Shown here piece by piece: positions 46,201-61,200 of a stretch of DNA of 64,000 bases. Below the pieces are notes generated by a model. The model had not been told where the DNA came from. It made no database searches and was given only the letters and a program-made list of their open reading frames with translations. Made by a program: the position numbers and the translations under genes. Each line of letters begins with the position of its first letter. Position 1 is the first letter of the stretch. The stretch covers positions 824,247 through 888,246 of the forward strand of contig CM082594.2 of assembly GCA_040954595.2 (NCBI GenBank), in the 5' to 3' direction. The stretch comes from Balanoglossus misakiensis. Its lineage: Eukaryota; Animalia; Hemichordata.

Positions 46201-49200
46201 GTAGCTATTATATTTTCCACTTTTTGTAAGTGAAGCCTGACTGTCGCCTGTCTTAGGTCACCACTTCATAAGCGGTCTTACCCGTCATTGGCACAAACAG
46301 TCTCAGGAAGTAAGCTTTCAGCCTACCAATGTAGCTATTATATTTTCCACTTTTTGTAAGTGAAGCCTGACTGTCGCCTGTCTTAGGTCACCACTTCATA
46401 AGTGGTCTTACCCGTCATTGGCACAAACAGTCTCAGGAAGTAAGCTTTCAGCCTACCAATGTAGCTATTGTATTTTCCACTTTTTGTAAGTGAAGCCTGA
46501 CTGTCGCCTGTCTTAGGTCACCACTTCATAAGCGGTATGACCCGTCATAGGCACAAACAGTCTCAGGAAGTAAGCTTTCAGCCTACCAATGTAGCTATTG
46601 TATTTTCCACTTTTTGTAAGTGAAGCCTGACTGTCGCCTGTCTTAGGTCACCACTTCATAAGCGGTCTTACCCGTCATAGGCACAAACAGTCTCAGGAAG
46701 TAAGCTTTCAGCCTACCAATGTAGCTATTATATTTTCCACTTTTTGTAAGTGAAGCCTGACTGTCGCCTGTCTTAGGTCACCACTTCATAAGAGGTCTTA
46801 CCCGTCATTGGCACAAACAGTCTCAGGAAGTAAGCTTTCAGCCTACCAATGTAGCTATTATATTTTCCACTTTTTGTAAGTGAAGCCTGACTGTCGCCTG
46901 TCTTAGGTCACCTCTTCATAAGCGGTCTTACCCGTCATTGGCACAAACAGTCTCAGGAAGTAAGCTTTCAGCCTACCAATGTAGCTATTAAATTTTTTAC
47001 TTTTTGTAAGTGAAGCCTGACTGTCGCCTGTCTTAGGTCACCACCTCATAAGCGGTCTTACCCGTCATTGGCACAAACAGTCTCAGGAAGTAAGCTTTCA
47101 GCCTACCAATGTAGCTATTATATTTTCCACTTTTTGTAAGTGAAGCCTGACTGTCGCCTGTCTTAGGTCACCTCTTCATAAGCGGTCTTACCCGTCATTG
47201 GCACAAACAGTCTCAGGAAGTAAGCTTTCAGCCTACCAATGTAGCTATTAAATTTTTTACTTTTTGTAAGTGAAGCCTGACTGTCGCCTGTCTTAGGTCA
47301 CCACCTCATAAGCGGTCTTACCCGTCATTGGCACAAACAGTCTCAGGAAGTAAGCTTTCAGCCTACCAATGTAGCTATTATATTTTCCACTTTTTGTAAG
47401 TGAAGCCTGACTGTCGCCTGTCTTAGGTCACCTCTTCATAAGTGGTCTTACCCGTCATTGGCACAAACAGTCTCAGGAAGTAAGCTTTCAGCCTACCAAT
47501 GTAGCTATTGTATTTTCCACTTTTTGTAAGTGAAGCCTGACTGTCGCCTGTCTTAGGTCACCACTTCATAAGCGGTCTTACCCGTCATAGGCACAAACAG
47601 TCTCAGGAAGTAAGCTTTCAGCCTACCAATGTAGCTATTATATTTTCCACTTTTTGTAAGTGAAGCCTGACTGTCGCCTGTCTTAGGTCACCACTTCATA
47701 AGAGGTCTTACCCGTCATTGGCACAAACAGTCTCAGGAAGTAAGCTTTCAGCCTACCAATGTAGCTATTGTATTTTCAACTTTTTGTAAGTGAAGCCTGA
47801 GTGTCGCCTGTCTTAGGTCACCACTTCATAAGAGGTCTTACCCGTCATTGGCACAAACAGTCTCAGGACGTAAGCTTTCAGCCTACCAATGTAGCTATTG
47901 TATTTTCAACTTTTTGTAAGTGAAGCCTGACTGTCGCCTGTCTTAGGTCACCACTTCATAAGAGGTCTTACCCGTCATTGGCACAAACAGACTCAGGAAG
48001 TAAGCTTTCAGCCTACCAATGTAGCTATTGTATTTTCAACTTTTTGTAAGTGAAGCCTGACTGTCGCCTGTCTTAGGTCACCACTTCATAAGAGGTCTTA
48101 CCCGTCATTGGCACAAACAGTCTCCGGAAGTAAGCTTTCAGCCTACCAATGTAGCTATTGTATTTTCCACTTTTTGTAAGTGAAGCCTGACTGTCGCCTG
48201 TCTTAGGTCACCGACTCATAAGCGGTCTTACCCGTCATTGGCACAAACAGTCTCAGGAAGTAAGCTTTCAGCCTACCAATGTAGCTATTATATTTTCCAC
48301 TTTTTGTAAGTGAAGCCTGACTGTCGCCTGTCTTAGGTCACCACTTCATAAGCGGTCTTACCCGTCATTGGCACAAACAGTCTCAGGAAGTAAGCTTTCA
48401 GCCTACCAATGTAGCTATTATATTTTCCACTTTTTGTAAGTGAAGCCTGACTGTCGCCTGTCTTAGGTCACCACTTTATAAGCGGTCTTACCCGTCATAG
48501 GCACAAACAGTCTCGGGAAGTAAGCTTCCAGCCTACCAATGTAGCTATTGTATTTTCCACTTTTTGTAAGTGAAGCCTGACTGTCGCCTGTCTTAGGTCA
48601 CCACTTCATAAGAGGTCTTACTCGTCATTGGCACAAACAGACTCAGGACGTAAGCTTTCAGCCTACCAATGTAGCTATTGTATTTTCCACTTTTTGTAAG
48701 TGAAGTCTGACTGTCGCCTGTCTTAGGTCACCACTTCATAAGAGGTCTTACCCGTCATTGGCACAAACAGTCTCAGGAAGTAAGCTTTCAGCCTACCAAT
48801 GTAGCTATTGTATTTTCCACTTTTTGTAAGTGAAGTCTGACTGTCGCCTGTCTTAGGTCACCACTTCATAAGAGGTCTTACCCGTCATTGGCACAAACAG
48901 TCTCAGGAGGTAAGCTTTCAGCCTACCAATGTAGCTATTGTATTTTCCACTTTTTGTAAGTGAAGCCTGACTGTCGCCTGTCTTAGGTCACCACTTCATA
49001 AGAGGTCTTACCCGTCATTGGCACAAACAGTCTCAGGAAGTAAGCTTTCAGCCTACCAATGTAGCTATTATATTTTCCACTTTTTGTAAGTGAAGCCTGA
49101 CTGTCGCCTGTCTTAGGTCACCTCTTCATAAGCGGTCTTACCCGTCATTGGCACAAACAGTCTCAGGAAGTAAGCTTTCAGCCTACCAATGTAGCTATTA

Positions 49201-52200
49201 AATTTTTTACTTTTTGTAAGTGAAGCCTGACTGTCGCCTGTCTTAGGTCACCACCTCATAAGCGGTCTTACCCGTCATTGGCACAAACAGTCTCAGGAAG
49301 TAAGCTTTCAGCCTACCAATGTAGCTATTATATTTTCCACTTTTTGTAAGTGAAGCCTGACTGTCGCCTGTCTTATGTCACCACTTCATAAGAGGTCTTA
49401 CTCGTCATTGGCACAAACAGACTCAGGACGTAAGCTTTCAGCCTACCAATGTAGCTATTGTATTTTCCACTTTTTGTAAGTGAAGTCTGACTGTCGCCTG
49501 TTTTAGGTCACCACTTCATAAGAGGTCTTACCCGTCATTGGCACAAACAGTCTCAGGAAGTAAGCTTTCAGCCTACCAATGTAGCTATTGTGTTTTCCAC
49601 TTTTTGTAAGTGAAGTCTGACTGTCGCCTGTCTTAGGTCACCACTTCATAAGAGGTCTTACCCGTCATTGGCACAAACAGTCTCAGGAAGTAAGCTTTCA
49701 GCCTACCAATGTAGCTATTATATTTTCCACTTTTTGTAAGTGAAGCCTGACTGTCGCCTGTCTTAGGTCACCTCTTCATAAGCGGTCTTACCCGTCATTG
49801 GCACAAACAGTCTCAGGAAGTAAGCTTTCAGCCTACCAATGTAGCTATTAAATTTTTTACTTTTTGTAAGTGAAGCCTGACTGTCGCCTGTCTTAGGTCA
49901 CCACCTCATAAGCGGTCTTACCCGTCATTGGCACAAACAGTCTCAGGAAGTAAGCTTTCAGCCTACCAATGTAGCTATTATATTTTCCACTTTTTGTAAG
50001 TGAAGCCTGACTGTCGCCTGTCTTATGTCACCACTTCATAAGAGGTCTTACTCGTCATTGGCACAAACAGACTCAGGACGTAAGCTTTCAGCCTACCAAT
50101 GTAGCTATTGTATTTTCCACTTTTTGTAAGTGAAGTCTGACTGTCGCCTGTTTTAGGTCACCACTTCATAAGAGGTCTTACCCGTCATTGGCACAAACAG
50201 TCTCAGGAAGTAAGCTTTCAGCCTACCAATGTAGCTATTGTGTTTTCCACTTTTTGTAAGTGAAGTCTGACTGTCGCCTGTCTTAGGTCACCACTTCATA
50301 AGAGGTCTTACCCGTCATTGGCACAAACAGTCTCAGGAAGTAAGCTTTCAGCCTACCAATGTAGCTATTAAATTTTTTACTTTTTGTAAGTGAAGCCTGA
50401 CTGTCGCCTGTCTTAGGTCACCACCTCATAAGCGGTCTTACCCGTCATTGGCACAAACAGTCTCAGGAAGTAAGCTTTCAGCCTACCAATGTAGCTATTA
50501 TATTTTCCACTTTTTGTAAGTGAAGCCTGACTGTCGCCTGTCTTAGGTCACCACTTCATAAGAGGTCTTACTCGTCATTGGCACAAACAGACTCAGGACG
50601 TAAGCTTTCAGCCTACCAATGTAGCTATTGTATTTTCCACTTTTTGTAAGTGAAGTCTGACTGTCGCCTGTCTTAGGTCACCACTTCATAAGAGGTCTTA
50701 CCCGTCATTGGCACAAACAGTCTCAGGAAGTAAGCTTTCAGCCTACCAATGTAGCTATTGTATTTTCCACTTTTTGTAAGTGAAGTCTGACTGTCGCCTG
50801 TCTTAGGTCACCACTTCATAAGAGGTCTTACCCGTCATTGGCACAAACAGTCTCAGGAAGTAAGCTTTCAGCCTACCAATGTAGCTATTAAATTTTTTAC
50901 TTTTTGTAAGTGAAGCCTGACTGTCGCCTGTCTTAGGTCACCACCTCATAAGCGGTCTTACCCGTCATTGGCACAAACAGTCTCAGGAAGTAAGCTTTCA
51001 GCCTACCAATGTAGCTATTATATTTTCCACTTTTTGTAAGTGAAGCCTGACTGTCGCCTGTCTTAGGTCACCACTTCATAAGCGGTCTTACCCGTCATTG
51101 GCACAAACAGTCTCAGGAAGTAAGCTTTCAGCCTACCAATGTAGCTATTATATTTTCCACTTTTTGTAAGTGAAGCCTGACTGTCGCCTGTCTTAGGTCA
51201 CCACTTCATAAGTGGTCTTACCCGTCATTGGCACAAACAGTCTCAGGAAGTAAGCTTTCAGCCTACCAATGTAGCTATTGTATTTTCCACTTTTTGTAAG
51301 TGAAGCCTGACTGTCGCCTGTCTTAGGTCACCACTTCATAAGCGGTCTTACCCGTCATAGGCACAAACAGTCTCAGGAAGTAAGCTTTCAGCCTACCAAT
51401 GTAGCTATTATATTTTCCACTTTTTGTAAGTGAAGCCTGACTGTCGCCTGTCTTAGGTCACCACTTCATAAGAGGTCTTACCCGTCATTGGCACAAACAG
51501 TCTCAGGAAGTAAGCTTTCAGCCTACCAATGTAGCTATTGTATTTTCAACTTTTTGTAAGTGAAGCCTGACTGTCGCCTGTCTTAGGTCACCACTTCATA
51601 AGAGGTCTTACTCGTCATTGGCACAAACAGACTCAGGACGTAAGCTTTCAGCCTACCAATGTAGCTATTGTATTTTCCACTTTTTGTAAGTGAAGTCTGA
51701 CTGTCGCCTGTCTTAGGTCACCACTTCATAAGAGGTCTTACCCGTCATTGGCACAAACAGTCTCAGGAAGTAAGCTTTCAGCCTACCAATGTAGCTATTG
51801 TATTTTCCACTTTTTGTAAGTGAAGTCTGACTGTCGCCTGTCTTAGGTCACCACTTCATAAGAGGTCTTACCCGTCATTGGCACAAACAGTCTCAGGAAG
51901 TTAGCTTTCAGCCTACCAATGAAGCTATTATATTTTCCACTTTTTGTAAGTGAAGCCTGACTGTCGCCTGTCTTAGGTCACCGACTCATAAGCGGTCTTA
52001 CCCGTCATTGGCACAAACAGTCTCAGGAAGTAAGCTTTCAGCCTACCAATGTAGCTATTGTATTTTCCACTTTTTGTAAGTGAAGCCTGACTGTCGCCTG
52101 TCTTAGGTCACCACTTTATAAGCGGTCTTACCCGTCATAGGCACAAACAGTCTCGGGAAGTAAGCTTTCAGCCTACCAATGTAGCTATTGTATTTTCCAC

Positions 52201-55200
52201 TTTTTGTAAGTGAAGCCTGACTGTCGCCTTTCTTAGGTCACCACTTCATAAGAGGTCTTACCCGTCATTGGCACAAACAGTCTCAGGAGGTAAGCTTTCA
52301 GCCTACCAATGTAGCTATTGTATTTTCCACTTTTTGTAAGTGAAGCCTGACTGTCGCCTGTCTTAGGTCACCACTTCATAAGAGGTCTTACCCGTCATTG
52401 GCACAAACAGTCTCAGGAAGTAAGCTTTCAGCCTACCAATGTAGCTATTGTATTTTCCACTTTTTGTAAGTGAAGCCTGACTGTCGCCTGTCTTAGGTCA
52501 CCTCTTCATAAGCGGTCTTACCCGTCATTGGCACAAACAGTCTCAGGAAGTAAGCTTTCAGCCTACCAATGTAGCTATTAAATTTTTTACTTTTTGTAAG
52601 TGAAGCCTGACTGTCGCCTGTCTTAGGTCACCACCTCATAAGCGGTCTTACCCGTCATTGGCACAAACAGTCTCAGGAAGTAAGCTTTCAGCCTACCAAT
52701 GTAGCTATTATATTTTCCACTTTTTGTAAGTGAAGCCTGACTGTCGCCTGTCTTAGGTCACCACTTCATAAGCGGTCTTACCCGTCATTGGCACAAACAG
52801 TCTCAGGAAGTAAGCTTTCAGCCTACCAATGTAGCTATTATATTTTCCACTTTTTGTAAGTGAAGCCTGACTGTCGCCTGTCTTAGGTCACCACTTCATA
52901 AGTGGTCTTACCCGTCATTGGCACAAACAGTCTCAGGAAGTAAGCTTTCAGCCTACCAATGTAGCTATTGTATTTTCCACTTTTTGTAAGTGAAGCCTGA
53001 CTGTCGCCTGTCTTAGGTCCCCACTTCATAAGCGGTCTTACCCGTCATAGGCACAAACAGTCTCAGGAAGTAAGCTTTCAGCCTACCAATGTAGCTATTA
53101 TATTTTCCACTTTTTGTAAGTGAAGCCTGACTGTCGCCTGTCTTAGGTCATCACTTCATAAGAGGTCTTACCCGTCATTGGCACAAACAGTCTCAGGAAG
53201 TAAGCTTTCAGCCTACCAATGTAGCTATTGTATTTTCAACTTTTTGTAAGTGAAGCCTGACTGTCGCCTGTCTTAGGTCACCACTTCATAAGAGGTCTTA
53301 CTCGTCATTGGCACAAACAGACTCAGGACGTAAGCTTTCAGCCTACCAATGTAGCTATTGTATTTTCCACTTTTTGTAAGTGAAGCCTGACTGTCGCCTG
53401 TCTTAGGTCACCGACTCATAAGCGGTCTTACCCGTCATTGGCACAAACAGTCTCAGGAAGTAAGCTTTCAGCCTACCAATGTAGCTATTGTATTTTCCAC
53501 TTTTTGTAAGTGAAGCCTGACTGTCGCCTGTCTTAGGTCACCACTTTATAAGCGGTCTTACCCGTCATAGGCACAAACAGTCTCGGGAAGTAAGCTTTCA
53601 GCCTACCAATGTAGCTATTGTATTTTCCACTTTTTGTAAGTGAAGCCTGACTGTCGCCTGTCTTAGGTCACCGACTCATAAGCGGTCTTACCCGTCATTG
53701 GCACAAACAGTCTCAGGAAGTAAGCTTTCAGCCTACCAATGTAGCTATTGTATTTTCCACTTTTTGTAAGTGAAGCCTGACTGTCGCCTGTCTTAGGTCA
53801 CCACTTTATAAGCGGTCTTACCCGTCATAGGCACAAACAGTCTCGGGAAGTAAGCTTTCAGCCTACCAATGTAGCTATTGTATTTTCCACTTTTTGTAAG
53901 TGAAGCCTGACTGTCGCCTTTCTTAGGTCACCACTTCATAAGAGGTCTTACCCGTCATTGGCACAAACAGTCTCAGGAAGTAAGCTTTCAGCCTACCAAT
54001 GTAGCTATTATATTTTCCACTTTTTGTAAGTGAAGCCTGACTGTCGCCTGTCTTAGGTCACCACTTCATAAGAGGTCTTACCCGTCATTGGCACAAACAG
54101 TCTCAGGAAGTAAGCTTTCAGCCTACCAATGTAGCTATTATATTTTCCACTTTTTGTAAGTGAAGCCTGACTGTCGCCTGTCTTAGGTCACCTCTTCATA
54201 AGCGGTCTTACCCGTCATTGGCACAAACAGTCTCAGGAAGTAAGCTTTCAGCCTACCAATGTAGCTATTAAATTTTTTACTTTTTGTAAGTGAAGCCTGA
54301 CTGTCGCCTGTCTTAGGTCACCACTTCATAAGCGGTCTTACCCGTCATAGGCACAAACAGTCTCAGGAAGTAAGCTTTCAGCCTACCAATGTAGCTATTA
54401 TATTTTCCACTTTTTGTAAGTGAAGCCTGACTGTCGCCTGTCTTAGGTCACCACTTTATAAGCGGTCTTACCCGTCATAGGCACAAACAGTCTCGGGAAG
54501 TAAGCTTTCAGCCTACCAATGTTGCTATTGTATTTTCCACTTTTTGTAAGTGAAGCCTGACTGTCGCCTTTCTTAGGTCACCACTTCATAAGAGGTCTTA
54601 CCCGTCATTGGCACAAACAGTCTCAGGAGGTAAGCTTTCAGCCTACCAATGTAGCTATTGTATTTTCCACTTTTTGTAAGTGAAGCCTGACTGTTGCCTG
54701 TCTTAGGTCACCACTCCATAAGTGTTCTTACCCGTCATTGGCACAAACAGTCTCAGGAAGTAAGCTTTCAGCCTACCAATGTAGCTATTATATTTTCCAC
54801 TTTTTGTAAGTGAAGCCTGACTGTCGCCTGTCTTAGGTCACCACTTCATAAGCGGTCTTACCCGTCATTGGCACAAACAGTCTCAGGAAGTAAGCTTTCA
54901 GCCTACCAATGTACCTATTGTATTTTCCACTTTTTGTAAGTGAAGCCTGACTGTCGCCTGTCTTAGGTCACCACTTCATAAGCGGTCTTACCTGTCATTG
55001 GCACAAACAGTCTCAGGAAGTAAGCTTTCAGCCTACCAATGTAGCTATTGTATTTTCCACTTTTTGTAAGTGAAGCCTGACTGTCGCCTGTCTTAGGTCA
55101 CCACTTCATAAGTGTTCTTACCCGTCATTGGCACAAACAGTCTCAGGAAGTAAGCTTTCAGCCTACCAATGTAGCTATTATATTTTCCACTTTTTGTAAG

Positions 55201-58200
55201 TGAAGCCTGACTGTCGCCTGTCTTAGGTCACCACTTCATAAGCGGTCTTACCCGTCATTGGCACATACAGTCTCAGGAAGTTAGCTTTCAGCCTACCAAT
55301 GTAGCTATTATATTTTCCACTTTTTGTAAGTGAAGCCTTACTGTCGCCTGTCTTAGGTCACCACTTCATAAGAGGTCTTACCCGTCATTGGCACAAACAG
55401 TCTCAGGAAGTAAGCTTTCAGCCTACCAATGTAGCTATTGTATTTTCAACTTTTTGTAAGTGAAGCCTGACTGTCGCCTGTCTTAGGTCACCACTTCATA
55501 AGAGGTCTTACCCGTCATTGGCACAAACAGACAGGAAGTAAGCTTTCAGCCTACCAATGTAGCTTTTGTATTTTCAACTGTTTGTAAGTGAAGCCTGACT
55601 GTCGCCTGTCTTAGGTCACCACTTCATAAGCGGTCTTACCCGTCATTGGCACAAACAGTCTCAGGGAGTAAGCTTTCAGCCTACCAATGTAGCTATTGTA
55701 TTTTCCACTTTTTGTAAGTGAAGCCTGACTGTTGCCTGTCTTAGGTCACCACTTCATAAGTGTTCTTACCCGTCATTGGCACAAACAGTCTCAGGAAGTA
55801 AGCTTTCAGCCTACCAATGTAGCTATTATATTTTCCACTTTTTGTAAGTGAAGCCTGACTGTCGCCTGTCTTAGGTCACCACTTCATAAGCGGTCTTACC
55901 CGTCATTGGCACAAACAGTCTCAGGAAGTTAGCTTTCAGCCTACCAATGTAGCTATTATATTTTCCACTTTTTGTAAGTGAAGCCTGACTGTCGCCTGTC
56001 TTAGGTCACCACTTCATAAGAGGTCTTACCCGTCATTGGCACAAACAGTCTCAGGAAGTAAGCTTTCAGCCTACCAATGTAGCTATTGTATTTTCAACTT
56101 TTTGTAAGTGAAGCCTGACTGTCGCCTGTCTTAGGTCACCACTTCATAAGAGGTCTTACCCGTCATTGGCACAAACAGACAGGAAATAAGCTTTCAGCCT
56201 ACCAATGTAGCTATTGTATTTTCCACTTTTTGTAAGTGAAGCCTGACTGTCGCCTGTCTTAGGTCACCACTTCATAAGAGGTCTTACCCGTCATTGGCAC
56301 AGACAGTCTCAGGAAGTAAGCTTTCAGCCTACCAATGTAGCTATTATATTTTCCACTTTTTGTAAGTGAAGCCTGACTGTCGCCTGTCTTAGGTCACCAC
56401 TTCATAAGCGGTCTTACCCGTCATTGGCACAAACAGTCTCAGGAAGTAAGCTTTCAGCCTACCAATGTAGCTATTGTATTTTCCACTTTTTGTAAGTGAA
56501 GCCTGACTGTCGCCTGTCTTAGGTCACCACTTCATAAGCGGTCTTACCCGTCATTGGCACAAACAGTCTCAGGAAGTAAGCTTTCAGCCTACCAATGTAG
56601 CTATTGTATTTTCCACTTTTTGTAAGTGAAGCCTGACTGTCGCCTGTCTTAGGTCACCACTTCATAAGAGGTCTTACCCGTCATTGGCACAAACAGTCTC
56701 AGGAAGTAAGCTTTCAGCCTACCAATGTAGCTATTATATTTTCCACTTTTTGTAAGTGAAGCCTGACTGTCGCCTGTCTTAGGTCACCACTTCATAAGAG
56801 GTCTTACCCGTCATTGGCACAAACAGACAGGAAGTAAGCTTTCAGCCTACCAATGTAGCTTTTGTATTTTCAACTGTTTGTAAGTGAAGCCTGACTGTCG
56901 CCTGTCTTAGGTCACCACTTCATAAGAGGTCTTACCCGTCATTGGCACAAACAGTCTCAGGAAGTAAGCTTTCAGCCTACCAATGTAGCTATTGTATTTT
57001 CCACTTTTTGTAAGTGAAGCCTGACTGTCGCCTGTCTTAGGTCACCACTTCATAAGCGGTCTTACCCGTCATTGGCACAAACAGTCTCAGGAAGTAAGCT
57101 TTCAGCCTACCAATGTAGCTATTGTATTTTCCACTTTTTGTAAGTGAAGCCTGACTGTCGCCTGTCTTAGGTCACCACTTCATAAGTGTTCTTACCCGTC
57201 ATTGGCACAAACAGTCTCAGGAAGTAAGCTTTCAGCCTACCAATGTAGCTATTATATTTTCCACTTTTTGTAAGTGAAGCCTGACTGTCGCCTGTCTTAG
57301 GTCACCACTTCATAAGCGGTCTTACCCGTCATTGGCACATACAGTCTCAGGAAGTTAGCTTTCAGCCTACCAATGTAGCTATTATATTTTCCACTTTTTG
57401 TAAGTGAAGCCTTACTGTCGCCTGTCTTAGGTTACCACTTCATAAGAGGTCTTACCCGTCATTGGCACAAACAGTCTCAGGAAGTAAGCTTTCAGCCTAC
57501 CAATGTAGCTATTGTATTTTCAACTTTTTGTAAGTGAAGCCTGACTGTCGCCTGTCTTAGGTCACCACTTCATAAGAGGTCTTACCCGTCATTGGCACAA
57601 ACAGACAGGAAGTAAGCTTTCAGCCTACCAATGTAGCTTTTGTATTTTCAACTGTTTGTAAGTGAAGCCTGACTGTCGCCTGTCTTAGGTCACCACTTCA
57701 TAAGCGGTCTTACCCGTCATTGGCACAAACAGTCTCAGGAAGTAAGCTTTCAGCCTACCAATGTAGCTATTGTATTTTCCACTTTTTGTAAGTGAAGCCT
57801 GACTGTTGCCTGTCTTAGGTCACCACTTCATAAGTGTTCTTACCCGTCATTGGCACAAACAGTCTCAGGAAGTAAGCTTTCAGCCTACCAATGTAGCTAT
57901 TATATTTTCCACTTTTTGTAAGTGAAGCCTGACTGTCGCCTGTCTTAGGTCACCACTTCATAAGCGGTCTTACCCGTCATTGGCACAAACAGTCTCAGGA
58001 AGTTAGCTTTCAGCCTACCAATGTAGCTATTATATTTTCCACTTTTTGTAAGTGAAGCCTGACTGTCGCCTGTCTTAGGTCACCACTTCATAAGAGGTCT
58101 TACCCGTCATTGGCACAAACAGTCTCAGGAAGTAAGCTTTCAGCCTACCAATGTAGCTATTGTATTTTCAACTTTTTGTAAGTGAAGCCTGACTGTCGCC

Positions 58201-61200
58201 TGTCTTAGGTCACCACTTCATAAGAGGTCTTACCCGTCATTGGCACAAACAGACAGGAAATAAGCTTTCAGCCTACCAATGTAGCTATTGTATTTTCCAC
58301 TTTTTGTAAGTGAAGTCTGACTGTCGCCTGTCTTAGGTCACCACTTCATAAGAGGTCTTACCCGTCATTGGCACAAACAGTCTCAGGAAGTAAGCTTTCA
58401 GCCTACCAATGTAGCTATTATATTTTCCACTTTTTGTAAGTGAAGCCTGACTGTCGCCTGTCTTAGGTCACCACTTCATAAGCGGTCTTACCCGTCATTG
58501 GCACAAACAGTCTCAGGAAGTAAGCTTTCAGCCTACCAATGTAGCTATTGTATTTTCCACTTTTTGTAAGTGAAGCCTGACTGTCGGCTGTCTTAGGTCA
58601 CCACTTCATAAGCGGTCTTACTCGTCATTGGCACAAACAGACTCAGGACGTAAGCTTTCAGCCTACCAATGTAGCTATTGTATTTTCCACTTTTTGTAAG
58701 TGAAGCCTGACTGTCGCCTGTCTTAGGTCACCGACTCATAAGCGGTCTTACCCGTCATTGGCACAAACAGTCTCAGGAAGTAAGCTTTCAGCCTACCAAT
58801 GTAGCTATTGTATTTTCCACTTTTTGTAAGTGAAGCCTGACTGTCGCCTGTCTTAGGTCACCACTTTATAAGCGGTCTTACCCGTCATAGGCACAAACAG
58901 TCTCGGGAAGTAAGCTTTCAGCCTACCAATGTAGCTATTGTATTTTCCACTTTTTGTAAGTGAAGCCTGACTGTCGCCTGTCTTAGGTCACCACTTTATA
59001 AGCGGTCTTACCCGTCATAGGCACAAACAGTCTCGGGAAGTAAGCTTTCAGCCTACCAATGTAGCTATTGTATTTTCCACTTTTTGTAAGTGAAGCCTGG
59101 CTGTCGCCTTTCTTAGGTCACCATTTCATAAGAGGTCTTACCCGTCATTGGCACAAACAGTCTCAGGAGGTAAGCTTTCAGCCTACCAATGTAGCTATTG
59201 TATTTTCCACTTTTTGTAAGTGAAGCCTGACTGTCGCCTGTCTTAGGTCACCACTTCATAAGAGGTCTTACCCGTCATTGGCACAAACAGTCTCAGGAAG
59301 TAAGCTTTCAGCCTACCAATGTAGCTATTATATTTTCCACTTTTTGTAAGTGAAGCCTGACTGTCGCCTGTCTTAGGTCACCTCTTCATAAGCGGTCTTA
59401 CCCGTCATTGGCACAAACAGTCTCAGGAAGTAAGCTTTCAGCCTACCAATGTAGCTATTAAATTTTTTACTTTTTGTAAGTGAAGCCTGACTGTCGCCTG
59501 TCTTAGGTCACCACTTCATAAGCGGTCTTACCCGTCATAGGCACAAACAGTCTCAGGAAGTAAGCTTTCAGCCTACCAATGTAGCTATTATATTTTCCAC
59601 TTTTTGTAAGTGAAGCCTGACTGTCGCCTGTCTTAGGTCACCACTTTATAAGCGGTCTTACCCGTCATAGGCACAAACAGTCTCGGGAAGTAAGCTTTCA
59701 GCCTACCAATGTTGCTATTGTATTTTCCACTTTTTGTAAGTGAAGCCTGACTGTCGCCTTTCTTAGGTCACCACTTCATAAGAGGTCTTACCCGTCATTG
59801 GCACAAACAGTCTCAGGAGGTAAGCTTTCAGCCTACCAATGTAGCTATTGTATTTTCCACTTTTTGTAAGTGAAGCCTGACTGTCGCCTGTCTTAGGTCA
59901 CCACTTCATAAGAGGTCTTACCCGTCATTGGCACAAACAGTCTCAGGAAGTAAGCTTTCAGCCTACCAATGTAGCTATTATATTTTCCACTTTTTGTAAG
60001 TGAAGCCTGACTGTCGCCTGTCTTAGGTCACCTCTTCATAAGCGGTCTTACCCGTCATTGGCACAAACAGTCTCAGGAAGTAAGCTTTCAGCCTACCAAT
60101 GTAGCTATTAAATTTTTTACTTTTTGTAAGTGAAGCCTGACTGTCGCCTGTCTTAGGTCACCACTTCATAAGCGGTCTTACCCGTCATAGGCACAAACAG
60201 TCTCAGGAAGTAAGCTTTCAGCCTACCAATGTAGCTATTATATTTTCCACTTTTTGTAAGTGAAGCCTGACTGTCGCCTGTCTTAGGTCACCACTTTATA
60301 AGCGGTCTTACCCGTCATAGGCACAAACAGTCTCGGGAAGTAAGCTTTCAGCCTACCAATGTTGCTATTGTATTTTCCACTTTTTGTAAGTGAAGCCTGA
60401 CTGTCGCCTTTCTTAGGTCACCACTTCATAAGAGGTCTTACCCGTCATTGGCACAAACAGTCTCAGGAGGTAAGCTTTCAGCCCACCAATGTAGCTATTG
60501 TATTTTCCACTTTTTGTAAGTGAAGCCTGACTGTCGCCTGTCTTAGGTCACCACTTCATAAGAGGTCTTACCCGTCATTGGCACAAACAGTCTCAGGAAG
60601 TAAGCTTTCAGCCTACCAATGTAGCTATTATATTTTCCACTTTTTGTAAGTGAAGCCTGACTGTCGCCTGTCTTAGGTCACCTCTTCATAAGCGGTCTTA
60701 CCCGTCATTGGCACAAACAGTCTCAGGAAGTAAGCTTTCAGCCTTCCAATGTAGCTATTAAATTTTTTACTTTTTGTAAGTGAAGCCTGACTGTCGCCTG
60801 TCTTAGGTCACCACCTCATAAGCGGTCTTACCCGTCATTGGCACAAACAGTCTCAGGAAGTAAGCTTTCAGCCTACCAATGTAGCTATTATATTTTCCAC
60901 TTTTTGTAAGTGAAGCCTGACTGTCGCCTGTCTTAGGTCACCACTTCATAAGCGGTCTTACCCGTCATTGGCACAAACAGTCTCAGGAAGTAAGCTTTCA
61001 GCCTACCAATGTAGCTATTATATTTTCCACTTTTTGTAAGTGAAGCCTGACTGTCGCCTGTCTTAGGTCACCACTTCATAAGTGGTCTTACCCGTCATTG
61101 GCACAAACAGTCTCAGGAAGTAAGCTTTCAGCCTACCAATGTAGCTATTGTATTTTCCACTTTTTGTAAGTGAAGCCTGACTGTCGCCTGTCTTAGGTCA

